Below are positions 50,198 through 63,087 of a stretch of 64,000 bases of DNA, one piece after another. The notes below the pieces were generated by a model. It had not been told where the DNA came from, ran no database searches, and worked only from the letters and a program-made list of their open reading frames with translations. Source of the stretch: Perna viridis (taxonomy: Eukaryota). The stretch is taken from NCBI GenBank assembly GCA_037379345.1, contig CM074518.1, positions 28,024,001-28,088,000 of the forward strand, read 5' to 3'. The translations under genes and the position numbers were made by a program. Position 1 is the first letter of the stretch. Each line of letters starts with the position of its first letter.

Positions 50198-51608
50198 AAC
50201 TTAAAGAAAAACATCAATTATCCTTCAGTAATGACCGCTTTAAATTATTTCTCTACTCAAGATGTTCAACATGTTAAAATCTTAATTTTACCAGAGAGTG
50301 GAGAAAAAGTTTATCTTAATTAAAGAATAAGCTGAAGGAGAACCAGTTCCTCCTTTGTATTCCGTAGAAAACTTGAAAATGCAAAATGGCGGGACTTTAA
50401 TCAACAGCTATGAATAAGAAACTTATACATTGTATGAAAGAGTAATCAAGGGAGCCAGGATTCAAGCGGAAATCAAAAGAATATAATCCGGGGAAAAGAC
50501 CCGTCAAAATAATTTTAAGACTTCTCCATCTGAATTTTTTCATACCATATCAAACTGTAATTACTTGATATGATTTATATACAGCTAAATAACATAAAAA
50601 GGGCTCATATATGGTTAACATACGGACATTTTTAACAAGTGAAGAAATCGTGTGTTGCGAGTCATGCATATGTGCTTATTAAATTTAAGATGAATAGACT
50701 ACATTTAAGTCGTGAAAATTCATCGAACACCACTTTATTATGATTTTTTTAAAAATCATACAAAAACAGATTTGAAGATTGAAAAAGCCTGAATTTCATT
50801 TACAGGAAGTTTGTTTCTCAGTAGTTATTGAAAAAAAATGTGGGTTCTGTTTAAAATAAAACAGTCCAACAGAAAAGGGGACTTCTAACTAAAAGTTTCT
50901 GAAGAAGGATGTACATTTTCTATCATCATCGTAGAATATAATTTCACTTTTTCGAAATATCTACAAATTAGAATAGCCAAAAAATAAAGATATATTCTTT
51001 TATGACAAAAAATGAATCAAAAATGGATTCCAGCTCATAAATCAATATTATCTTTTAACTGCGCATATTCTATGCAAGCACAACCTGTGACATTTACAAC
51101 CTGTGACTGCAACTTGAATAGCTTTGTATTAATGTTTAATACATTATGTTGTTTTTATATCAAGTTCAGGAACAAGGACGATTATGTGTAGATCTACAGA
51201 AAAGAAATGAACGATGAATTCACGTAAAGAAATCAAAGGAGTGATCACACCACATCTAAAATTCAGTACACCTAACCGCTCTCTTGTCCTGTCACAATGA
51301 CGTCTGGTTAAGTTAATATATAATTTTCGTGATCAAGTTCAAATAATGAATACACACAGATCAACAAGATTTCCTTGTCAAAAATTATCACCAAAATATT
51401 TACTACGTGACCTCATTAATAACAAAGCAAAAGCGCAAACAGTAGACCATGGCGTGTAGAACCAGAAAATATACGCGTTTCCCGCACTCCCTCTCTACAT
51501 TTTGCACAAATTACAAGTGAAATTTGGCCTACGTACACATGAGATCCCCCGGCCCCGACTAATTCCCAGCAATTTTTATCAGCAAAATAATATTCAGAGA
51601 ACACTCAC

Positions 51609-51660
51609 CGTCATGTAACATGCCTGTTACCTTCGGGGCTTACAATTGGTCGATCAGGGC
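51609..51660 (-). other. BICRA: Putative BICRA first (non-coding) exon; 5' end uncertain
   Basis: Strong donor ACG|GTGAGT at 51609/51608, at the edge of the CpG-rich promoter. Confidence 0.45.
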
Positions 51661-52140
51661 TCAATATAACCTTTGAACTTATGAGATCATCTTTCGTTTA
51701 TTGAGAAAAACTTTAAAATGCGTTATATTACCGATTAAAAATTACAGTTTGAGCATTGTATGCAGTTCAAAGCTACATTCTAAACATTATTTCATTGTTT
51801 TGTGTCGAAATGAAGCGTAAATGGGTGATAATTTTGGGGCGGTATTTCGTGGCTTAATTCAATGACGTCAATGCATGACCTTTGACACCAAAAGAAATGT
51901 ATTGGTTGGCGTTAGTGATCCATTTATAGGAAAATTGTAGCTTAACCGCGCCCATCTAATACTTACAAATGTTAAATTACAAGCCATTGACAAAAGTACT
52001 TAACAAAATGTTCTTTATGTTCAATATATATCTGTTCTAGATTAGTTTAGAGGCAAAATTAAAAGAGATGTCTGTAGTACACAAAATTCTGTGACGTAGT
52101 ACACCCGGAAGTGAAATTAAGCAGGTGCCCGAAATGCGTT
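51640..52140. promoter_or_regulatory. Putative bidirectional promoter between BICRA (-) and TYSND1 (+)
   Basis: CpG-rich segment between divergent genes. GC box GGGGCGG 51836-51842, full CRE TGACGTCA 51863-51870, ATTGG (CCAAT) 51901, TGACGT 52092, ETS/GABP site CCGGAAGTG 52105-52113. Confidence 0.6.
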
Positions 52141-52294
52141 TGCAAGTGATAATTAGCAAATTTTTTACTTTCATTTATGCAAATATATATATATATATAT
52201 TCAAGGACGTAGAAAAATAACATCTATAAGGTCTCACATTTAACACATTTTTGTTTATTCTGATGTGTTTGAATTAACTTCCTTGACTTTTTAT

Positions 52295-52531
52295 GAGCAA
52301 CTCGGCGGGTGTTTCTAGAAAAGCAGAGGACGCTTACCCTACCGGTGCACCTGGTCCATGCTCCCAGTTTTTTAAGTGGAGTCCGAGTTGCTCATTTACT
52401 TTTGTTACTTTGTATGTATGATTTTAGTTACTTTATGTTCTTTGTTGTGTATGTCTGTTCCATATCTGGTCTTTGTCCCTGTATTACATTCTTTTGATTA
52501 CCGTTATAACCTTGGTTCTCTTGATTACTCT
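52295..52531 (+). repeat. Dispersed ~240-bp repeat (SINE-like or retroelement-terminal); most complete copy
   Basis: Core gcttaccctaccggtgcacctggtccatgctcccagttt..gtggagtccgagttgctca. Reverse-complement copies at 50025-50197, ~50439-50490 and ~62994-63087. Confidence 0.8.
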
Positions 52532-53112
52532 TGTCATCTGACCTTTAATAGGGGAGGGTAAATCCTGGAAATTATGTGCACCTGAATTCTGACACAACTG
52601 ACATTTTAAGCAATCTATGCTGAACTTCAGTGTTTCACCATAGTATGTCACAATGATTCATTTTATCAATTGAAATTATTTTATATATTCAGGCAGGACG
52701 GCCTTCCAGGGTTGTAGTATTAATGATATTTAAATAGCCAGTTAATTGACTTGGCTAAAGTAATAATTCTTTAGTCGAATCGGTTTGTCACTGGCTTGTT
52801 AGCGAGCGATCTAGAATTCGTTCCTCTGTGGCAGAGTATGATTTTCTGAGTCAAATCATGCTCTCATATTACAATATGATCAAAATCGAGGACTATGTTA
52901 GCAATCATTCCTGGGGTAACATCCTTGTTATTGGACATATTTTCTGCCAATGCATAGTTAGATTAAACATTTTCAATCCAAATAACGGTTGTTGTGAGCC
53001 CTTTCCTTGTATGCTTTTTCTTTCTGTGTGTGTAAGTTGTTTATAATTCATTAATGTATGCTTTCAGATTTAGTACTTTAGATTCCATTTGAGCTTCGAA
53101 AAAAGTTTTGAT

Positions 53113-56100
53113 ATGAATAACTTAATGTATGAAAGAGGATGTGTTGTATCTATAACTTTAAACGAAGAGGAACGCTCTTTAAGTGGAATTTTACTTGACA
53201 CAAAGAATGGACTTATACTCACTCATGGATCACTTGTGTCTTCTCTTTTGTCAGACTGTCAAATACAGCATTTGTCAACACAAGGAAAGTTATTACACTG
53301 CTTTAGAACATGGCAGTCTGAAGTCATACTGCAAAACTCAAACACGAATTTTTCAAGCAATGGCTTAACATCTAATTTTAATAATGCTGAAATAAGAAAA
53401 ACCTTGCATTATAAAACAGAATTAGAGAAAAATACATTTTCGAAGTTTTCTGCAACTGTTGTTGCAATTTTCATTGTTAAAAAACTCCAACAAATTTTAT
53501 CAAAGGTTATTTCACTAGATGAAAAATGGGAATTTATTGATGATACTTCTTATGAAGGAATTTCAGATGATCAGAAAAGAATGCAAAAACTCTTGCCAAG
53601 TTTCATTTTATTACAAATTGATGACTGGGAAGGCTACAACAGTACACTAAAGATTTTAAACTACAGCCAATACAATAAAGGAGACAGATTAGATGTTGTG
53701 GCTACACCATTTGCAAGTTTGAATCCTGATATTTTCATGAACCATAAGAGTTCTGGAATCATTAGTAATAAGTCAGGTGGGATCCTGATAATGACAGATG
53801 CTAGATGTGTTCCTGGTACGGATGGTGGTGCAGTATTGTGTAGAAAAACTTACTCAAGGTATATTAATACTTCTTGTACCACACTTTATCTATGGAATCA
53901 GAAATATTAGTGGAAAGCATATCTTTTAAGATTTGCCAAAAAACATTAGGGAAGTTCTTCACAGATAGCATCCTGGTAAAAGGGTAATGTGATGCTATAT
54001 GACCCTAGGGAGACAGAAAAAATGATAATATGTACACAAGAAATGTTAACTGTTTATAAAATTATTCGATACAATAAAAAAAAAGAAATTCAGCTTTAAA
54101 AAATATCAAATAGAGAGGCTGTAACCCTGCTTGTGATAGGCTTCATTACTGATGATTTCTTGTGCACCAAAAAGAAGTAATAGAAAGCTTACAAGTGCAG
54201 GATGAATCAGTCTATTTTTTGTCTTGAAAAGTTTTTACATTTCAGATACTTAATTGGCATAGTAATCACATCCTTATGTTGGAAGAGCAATGAATGGGTT
54301 GGTTTGTCATTAGTTTGTGCAATTCCTGATGTTCTGAAAACTGTAGAAAGGATTTGTAAGATAGATAAAATGTATGAGGATAAAATTATTGCAAGTAAGT
54401 TGACAGTGTATGGCCTGGTTTCCATAGATCTTGATCTAGTCGCCATTCAATAATTTTCGGTGGATATTTCTTATCTTATTTACCTTATTAGCTTGGAAAA
54501 ATACCTATTCAATAGAGAATACCCATTACATTAAATCTTTACACTTATTATCACTATCCCAATTGTTCTAAAAAGTTATATCTTTTCTATGTGGGTGTTT
54601 TTTTTTCTGTGTGTTCTTTTCAGTTCCTTTATTTATGCATCTTATTCTTCTTTAGTTATTATCTGGTAATATTTCCTGCGTTGTTTTGTTCAAAGATATC
54701 CCACTGTTTATACTTTCTTTATAAGATAAACCATACATGTAGATAGTTATGTATTTTGTGTATTTTGGTTAGGATGGAAAAAAATCCATTTATTATTCCT
54801 TGTATTTATTTGACTAGATATTTATTAGATAGACATTCCATGTTTTGCTTAAACACTTACTTGTTCCTTGGTACCATATTTGAAAAAGACAATAATATTT
54901 GTTCCTTGGTACCATATTTGAAAAAGACACAATATTTGTTCCTTGGTACTGTACTTGAAAAAGACACAATATTTGTTCCTTGGTACCATATTTGAAAAGA
55001 CACAATATTTGTTCCTTGGTACCGTATTTGAAAAAGACACAATATTTGTTCCTTTGTACTGTATTTGAAAAAGACATAATATTTGTTCCTTGGTACCCTG
55101 TTTGAAAAAGACACAATATTTGTTCTTTGGTACCCTTTTTGAAAAAGACACAATATTTGTTCCTTGGTACCGTATTTGAAAAAAACACAATATTTGTTCC
55201 TTCATATTTATTTGACTATATATTTATTAGATAGACATTCCATGTTTTGCTTAAATACCTACTTGTTCCTTGGTACCATATTTGAAAAAAGACATAATAT
55301 TTGTTCCTTGGTACCATATTTGAAAAAGACACAATATTTGTTCCTTGGTACCATACTTGAAAAAGACACAATATTTCTTCCTTGGTACTGTATTTGAAAA
55401 AGACACAATATTTGTTCCTTCTTACCGTACTTGAAAAAGACACAATATTTGTTCCTTCGTACTGTATTTGAAAAAGGCATAATGTTTGTTCCTTGGTACC
55501 CTGTTTGAAAAAGACACAATATTTGTTCTTTGGTACCCTTTTTGAAAAAGACACAATATTTGTTCCTTGGTACTGTATTTGAAAAAGACACAATATTTGT
55601 TCCTTCGTACTGTACTTGAAAAAGACAATATTTTTTCCTTTGTACTGTATTTGAAAAAGACACAATATTTGTTCCTTGGTACTGTACATTGTTCATGAGA
55701 AACTGTTAGTGATCACTTTAAGTTGCCTTTTAGTTCTCATATGTTAGAAGAAAGCTCATAACATTTATGTGGGTACACAACACCTAAGGGAAATAAATCT
55801 GTAAAAATCAGGAAAAGATTTTAATTTGTGACATTCTGATATCAACTTCAAAATGTCTTGGTGATCAAAAGCTACTATATGTTCAATCAAATTATTCCCA
55901 TGAAACATGTTCTAAAATTTCTTGAAATTTATATATTTACTTCTTTTATCAAGGTAAAACACTAAATAAACTTTCAAGAAATTTAAAAGAGCCAAATAAA
56001 TTTTAGAGAAGGTGTTAAAACATTTTTTTTCTGTTTCAGTTTTTAGGGAAAAATAGTACTTACTGATCAAAACTTTCTCTTTCAAATGAAATGCGTAAAC

Positions 56101-59100
56101 AAAAATTGTCATAAACTGACAATTTTTATTTTTAAGTTCATAGAAATAGATTGTCAGAGACTATTGATGCAGTTCCCATGGTAATTGTTGGAAGTAATTG
56201 GGGATCTGGTATTGTGATTGGTCATAAAAATAACAGATATCTTCTAACATGCAGTCATGTGTTAAAAGGATCAGACTATAATACTGGTAAGATTTATGCT
56301 AAGGATGTACATGTATGTTGGAATCATATTGTATCACAAATTATTGATGGGGATTATTTGGCACAATGTTACATTCAGCTGTAAATGTCATCAGTGAATT
56401 TGTGTATGCTTAACTCAGTAGAATTCTCAATGAACAAAATAAAAGAAAATTGCATTGCAGATAAAGATTGAAAAGTGATGAGATATTTTAGATACACAAT
56501 TAAAACATTTAGTTATTGGTTTCTGTTAACAGTACATATTCACATGCATGCAAGAAATTTTTGTGCTCCTCTTATGGAGTATAACTAGACATATCAAAAC
56601 TGAAGAATTTCACTGGTATTCTCTCGACATCAGTGCAGGAGCAAATATTAATTTATTAACAGAAAGTCATCAAGACAGCTTAACCACATACATTAATAAA
56701 AAAAACTTTGATGGATTTTGACACATCATTTTTTTGGTTAATGATCACTAAATGAAGCACCATGCATTTTATTTTTCGTCCTTTTTCTTATTTATATCAG
56801 GGTATAATACTTTAATCACTAAGAAATAAAAAAAAATAAAAAGATCAGTGTAGTATATGCTTTAGCACAGAAATTTATTTTAATTACTTTTCTTCAAATT
56901 TATAGTAAAGGTTAAGTACACTGGCAACAGAATGGAAAAGGGGAAAGTTGTTTACAAAACACCAGCTGGTGGACAGTTTGATATTGCACTGTTGTCAATT
57001 TCTTCAAGTTCCATTCCATATGTGCCATTGGGAACAGTGCCAGTTGTTGAAGGTACCATACATAATTAGATTCCATGCCTATTATTATCATACCACCTGC
57101 ATATGTGGGGGTATATAGGTTTCACCCTGTCTGTCTGTCTATTTGTCTAAACTATTTTCAGCAGCTTGCAGCATTGTTATGAAACTTTGTGGGATATAAT
57201 ATATTCACATGAAGATTTGCATACTGTCAGGAATTTATGTTTGGACAAAAATTATAAAAAATTATGGCTTTTGAACAAAAGCATTTTTCAGCAAAATTTT
57301 GTCTCGTGTGTTGTCCACAACTCCTCTTTAACGACTTGCAGGATTGTTATGAAACGTAATGGGTTGCTAGATTACCATGTAGAGATGTGCATATTGTCAG
57401 GATTTTATGTGTGGACAAAAATTGTTGAAATGATAGCTGTTGGAACTTAGGTGTTTTTCAGCCAAACTTGGTCAGATGTGATGTCCACAACTCCACCTTA
57501 ACAACTTGCAGTATTATAAATAAACTCAATTGAGTGTTAGGTTACCATATAGAGATGTGCATATTGTCCATAACTCCACCTTAATGACTTACAGGATTGT
57601 AGTCAAAATCAATGAAGTGTTAGGCTACCGAGATGTGCATATTGTCAGGGATTAGTCTTTTTCTGTTATTGTCTTGTCTAAAAAAATAATACTGATTGCT
57701 GTTTGGAGTATGGTGTTTTACAAATTAAAGCAAATTGTGTAGTCTATTCACCATAAAAATTGTGTCCAATATAAATAGTATGTCCAGAATTGTCCCCAAA
57801 TGTACAGAGTTCAACAGGCTGTGGGAGGTATTAGTCCCATTAGGGGCAAGGTCTAGTTAATTATTAGCCTATCCATGCATGTCTCCTCCATTTATTTCCA
57901 AAGTAGCCACAAGTGTATTTTGGTTAGTTTTAAGTTGCAATTTTTTTCATACGTTTTTTTTTATTTGTTTATAAGCATCTTTTGGACCATTACCTTAATA
58001 TTTGAGTTAGTGTGCACTTAGATTTGTAGTGATAAAATATTTTAGAACAAAATCACGACTATTTTATATAAACCAGAAAAATTGATGTTTGTTACTATTT
58101 CGCACACTCTCAATCACTCTTCATATTTGGTTTCTATCAGATACTCAAAACAGATTATCTTATAATTTTTTGTTTGTTTGAATACACATTTTAAAAAGAA
58201 ATTAATTTTGTCTTAGACAACTGAAAAACAAGCATAATTTACTGTCATTTAACTTATTTAATTATAAAGGCCTGAAATTTACTGAGAAATATGGAAGGAA
58301 AAAATGAAAGGTTAATGAATCTGAAAAAATGCAGAAAAGTTGCTGTTAAGTGGTCTTTCAATTTAAGCAGCATGAAGGGAATAACTCTTTTGAATATTTT
58401 TTTCAGAAGACAAAGTTTATGTGATAGGACATGCATTGTTTGGAGAAGAGAAAGATTTAGAACCCACTATAACATCTGGTATTGTTAGTAAAGTTGTCAG
58501 GGTCAATGGTATACCTGTCATGATTCAGGTACATAAAAATGGCATAGAGTTATGTCCCTTTATTGCACTGCACAGAATTTTTTTATGTAGTTGTAGGGGA
58601 AAAAAATAAATGCATTTTAAAAAAATTTTATAAATGAAGATATACATTTTATATTTTTTTGATAAAACTTGTCACACAAGAACAAAAACTCGGTAAAGGA
58701 ACTTAAATGATATTTTTAATTAATTCTTAACTTTAAATTTCTCCAATTTTAAATGAAAAAAATGCTGTAATGATACACAGACGGTACATTGTATATATGT
58801 AAATTTTTAAAACCCTTCAAATTACATCATCTGTTTTTGTATAGATTTACTATATTATAAATGTATATTTTGTTAGATTTACCTGTCATTATTATTTAAT
58901 CCAGGGTAAGAAATATTGAAAAGACAACATAAAAATAGATACAGTGAGTACCTGTACAAAAATTCTTGTGTAGTTTTTATTAGGAAATTTTCATCCACTG
59001 CCAAGATTGTCTTAATTTATCATGAATAGTATAGTAATTATTTTATAACTATACCAGACAACTTGTGCAGTTCATGCAGGAGCCAGTGGAGGAGCATTGG

Positions 59101-62069
59101 TGAACCAGTTTGGTGAACTTGTTGGAATACCAGTTAGCAATGCCAAGTGTGTATACCTTTGGTCCATAATTTTGGCTAAGAAGAAGATCCTTAATCTATA
59201 ATACATAATTAAAACTTATCAATATGATAATAATTATTTTGTTGAAATTCCTCAGGGAGTGTACTAACATAACTTGTCTTTTTCTGAACTTTGATGAAGG
59301 AAAATGTTTTTTTTCTCTTTCACCCCCATCTGCATGGTTGGTTTGGTTCCTCATTCACCATTTTAATCCATGCAAGAAAGATGTAAATGATATTGTATTG
59401 AAACACTGTGAACATTTGTGACATTTTTATAAGAAAATGTAAGAGTGAAAACTGGTCTGTTCAACTGTTCATGAAGTTACTTATTTTTCTTCTCTCTTTC
59501 TACTTGCATCTTTTTTATGTCAGATTTATCAGATGATTTATTCACGGACTATCCCAAAATAGCAAAAATTACTACACAACATAAATTAATTCGCTTATAG
59601 TATTTAGCTGATATTATACCTCCTCTTTCTTTAAAATGTAGTACTATAAAAGATCTAACAACCTTCTCTTTTAGGCTAGATCAGGGTTAACCTGAATATC
59701 TTAAAATTTGACCAATCACATAATCATCTCACTGTGGACTGTTTATCGATTTGATTGTGAAATATCCCAGAAAGAATTTGATGCATATTCCTGTGGATCC
59801 CTGACAGAACATTTAATGAAATGATCGATCTTTTATGTGTGAATATGTGAGGGAATCAACACGGACAATTTAATTATTATAAGATTCATGGTTCAATTTT
59901 ATTCGTCATGGTAACCAACATAAACATTTATTTATTTTATTGATAGAGATATGTCATCAAAAGCCTTGTACCCACACATAAACATGAGTGTTCCCTTAGC
60001 AACTGTAGCTGGATTTTTACATGAATTCATGGAAAGTAAAGGTATTGTAATTATAGTGAACTTTTGACAAATGCAAATTCAAACAAATTTGTAACAAACA
60101 TGAACGTTTTATGTAATAGTGGATATTTTTCACATTTTATGTTCAAATAAATGATTCGGTTTGAATAAGTTAAGGACTGGTTTAGAATCCCAAAACATAC
60201 ATATGTTTAGAAATAGTAATCTTAATTTTATTTACGAAATCAATAAATCTTAAGCAAGGTATTTGCATGGAAGTAAACATAATTGTCAAGATAATTTTAG
60301 TCAAGATGTTAAGAATGCAATTGTTATGTTCCTGAAAACATTGGTTTGTTTAGTGCTTCTATATACAGTATTCTACATATATGCATGCTTCCTTCCTTCA
60401 CAAAACATGTTACTACAGCCATACTTTGCTAACAACAGATGTGTTAAATGTACAGATTTAGCAGAACAGATTTTTATTTGGAAATGCAAATATGCTGTAG
60501 CCTTAATGTCTAGTGAAGTGCGAGATGGCAATATTTTGTGTTGAATTGCAAGATTTTAATGAAAATTTTAATATTTTATGTTATTGGTGTTGGTATTTAG
60601 CTGGATCCTGGCATAAAATATCTCAATTCATCTAGATTCATCGGAATTTTTTTTCAAGAAAATTAATGGTAGCTTGCACTGCATAATACATTTAGGAACA
60701 GGATCCAGCTATATGAATTTCAGCCTTCAAATCTTGTTTTTGACAGCTGTAGATTTATTCTAAAATATGATGTTTTTACACTTTTGTTGCTAATGATATA
60801 TAGATGTTATAAAACATTTTTTCCTAATTTTGACTTGTGCTTGTGTGTTAAATACGTATTAAGATGCATTCAGTAATGTTTCAGCTCTAAATTTAATTTT
60901 TTATCAAAACTATCAATGAAAACATTTCATTAAGGAATGTCCTAGATATTGACTTTAGCTGAACCTTAAGTACCAATCCGTATAAAATTCACACTTCCAA
61001 TGGTAGAGGCAATGCAAGGTTCAGAAAAAAATAAAAAACCACACAAAACAAATATTGAATTTTCAGTCTACATACACTGTACTTTAACAGATTTGTATTT
61101 TTGAGAAAACCATAACTTCATTACTCACTAAAACAAATAAAAAAATGATAACTCTTGCAAAGTACTCATATAAAATCTACACAATTTTTATCTCATAAGT
61201 GCAACAACTGACTAAAAAACCTAGACTGGTTATGTGGTCTTTAACTGTTCCTGAATTAGAAATAAAAGTGGATTTTCAGAGGTTTTGAAATGCATTAATT
61301 GCCTTCAGTCTTATCTTGATAAAGACTGCCACTTTTGATAGCTTTAGATATGGTTTATCAATTGTTGTTAAAGAAGACAGATCTTTAATAGTTGATAGAT
61401 TCTTTGTTTTTTTTTGTAGATGCCAGTGTTTTAAAAAACATGTCGGTAAAAAATAAACATATTAGGGGACTATGGGTGTTAGAACAGACAAAGGGAGGTA
61501 AGTCTATTCTTTTTATTTTGGTGTACAGAGAATTATAAATGTTAGAATAAAAAAAATTATGTAGGTCCAATTTTATTGACTTCGCTTATAATGTTGTAAT
61601 TTACAGAGTCAATCTAGATGTTTGTTGTTCAACATAAATTGTAAGAGCAACTTCTGAACCTTCAACTATTATATACTTAGATGAAAACTGTGGGCTGATG
61701 ATGTGCTGTAATACATTCCCATCTTATTAGTGTAAAATTCATTCACTAGCTTATGGAATGTTTTGGTAGGAAAAATAAAAAAAAAGAAAATTGTACCAGA
61801 AAAAATCTTTTAATATATTTAAATGAATAATTAAACTTTGTCTATAATTTCTTTAATGAATTGGCCACATTTTTACTTTTTTTAATGTAATTTTCTACTC
61901 CAATTACTAGTGTTGTATAATATCTTTGAATTTAATACTTGTCCAATTTAAATTAGTGTCAAGCTTGCTTCAGTATTTACAATTTTTGGAACTCAACTGA
62001 TATTTTGTTTTGTTTTTAATTTCCTGAGTTTGATGAGAGCAACTTTCCATTTCAGCCAGCAAGTTGTAA
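53113..62069 (+). CDS. TYSND1: Peroxisomal leader peptide-processing protease (TYSND1), ~529 aa, 9 coding exons
   Basis: Exons: 53113-53858, 54246-54394, 56137-56286, 56906-57052, 58407-58528, 59058-59146, 59947-60041, 61420-61497, 62056-62069. Total 1590 nt with consistent phases. N-terminal GCVVS..SGILL..GLILTHGS; inactive first domain DARCVPGTDGG; CWKSNEWVGLSL; active triad LTCSHV / FDIALL / TCAVHAGASGG; YPHINMSVP; C-terminal PTS1 SKL*. Confidence 0.93.
54795..55690. repeat. 37-bp minisatellite with a higher-order (leader + array) duplication in TYSND1 intron 2
   Basis: Unit tttgttccttggtaccatatttgaaaaagacacaata, about 9 + 12 copies. Each block is preceded by the same ~65-bp leader (~54795-54860 and ~55197-55262). 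It generates the spurious repetitive ORFs in the track. Confidence 0.95.
57085..57857 (-). mobile_element. Second HINE/pearl-like element with ~170-bp internal repeats in a TYSND1 intron
   Basis: atacc..gggggtat hairpin and (ctgt)n at the left end. tgtccacaactcc..ttaa..acttgcag units at ~57312, ~57482 and ~57566; ggaggtat near the right end. Confidence 0.65.
60598..60711. mobile_element. Small MITE-like element in a TYSND1 intron
   Basis: Perfect 13-bp inverted termini TAGCTGGATCCTG / CAGGATCCAGCTA, with TA at both ends. Confidence 0.6.
62056..62069 (+). CDS. TYSND1: TYSND1 terminal coding segment encoding (A)SKL*
   Basis: Acceptor ctttccatttcAG|CC AGC AAG TTG TAA joins the phase-1 donor GGAG|GTAAGT at 61497. 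Confidence 0.85.
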
Positions 62070-62229
62070 TCCTGGGATTATTCTGCACCAGAACTTGTGA
62101 TAATTATTGATTTTGTTGTTGTTGTTATTTTTTTTTATTTTTAAATAAATCAAATGCATTGTAAGGTGATTTTTTAGTTCATTACCGGTGACCTTTGCCT
62201 TAATTATCAGCCTTGGAATTAAAATATTC

Positions 62230-62620
62230 ATGCAATGACTCAGTTTTTTTACAATTTTTTCGTCATGCTTGCAGATATTCATTTGATAATTGGTACAACA
62301 CTTTACCATGGCAAGTTACTCATTAAATTCAAATTTTGTTCCAGTCAGATTTTTTTGCTGAGTTATGGCCCTTAGACTTAGAAATTTCATGCAGACTTTC
62401 CACACTTTTTTTCGTCATGCATGCAGATATTCATTTGATATATTTTTTGCCCATGGCAAGTTACTGATTAAGTCCAAACATTGTTATGAGCTGTTGATTT
62501 TTTGCTGAGTCATGGGTCTTAGACTTTGAAAATTAACTTAAAAGTTTTCTGCATTTTTTGTCAACAAATTTTGCATGAAGTTGGCATTCTGTCTTCCCAA
62601 ACAGAAATTTCTTTTGGTAT
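62230..62620. repeat. Degenerate ~153-bp tandem repeat (HINE-like core) downstream of the TYSND1 stop
   Basis: ttttttcgtcatgc.tgcagatattcatttgata..ccatggcaagttact and tttttgctgagt.atgg..cttagactt each occur twice. Confidence 0.65.
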
Positions 62621-62993
62621 TGCCATGCAACACTGTTGCAGAATGCTTTTTATCCTAGATCTGTACCTACAGTTTTTGATCGTAAACCAAGGGTATATTC
62701 TTTTTCTGTTTGCATAATTAATCCCTCAAACTTTGCAATTGTTGATGATTTTCTTGTGTTGGGATTTTATCTTTGGAAAAGATTATTTTATACTTTTAAA
62801 CTGGGTTCAAGAGATAACCAGGGATTTTGAAAATTGATACGACTACAAGAAGATGACATCCATCAATCTGTGTCCATACTTGCTTATAAACAATGAACCA
62901 TGGTAAAAAAATTAAACAAATAAACCACTATCAAAAGACACTACACGCCATTACTTGAATCAAAATAACATGTACAAAGTAACAAAAACAATT

Positions 62994-63087
62994 GAGCAAC
63001 TCCGATTTCACCAAAAAACTGGGAGAATGGACCAAGTGCACTGGTAGGGTAAGCACCCTCTACTTTTGTAGAAACACCTGCTGAGTT
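62994..63087 (-). repeat. Partial inverted copy of the 52295-52531 repeat
   Basis: gagcaactccgatttcacc..actgggagaatggaccaagtgcactggtagggtaagc..tagaaacacctgctgagttg. Confidence 0.75.

Noticed and set aside
54795-55690. CRISPR array, or protein-coding repeat ORFs
   Set aside because: Units are head-to-tail with no unique spacers, there are no cas genes, and the context is a eukaryotic intron. ORFs in several frames arise from a stop-poor 37-bp unit.
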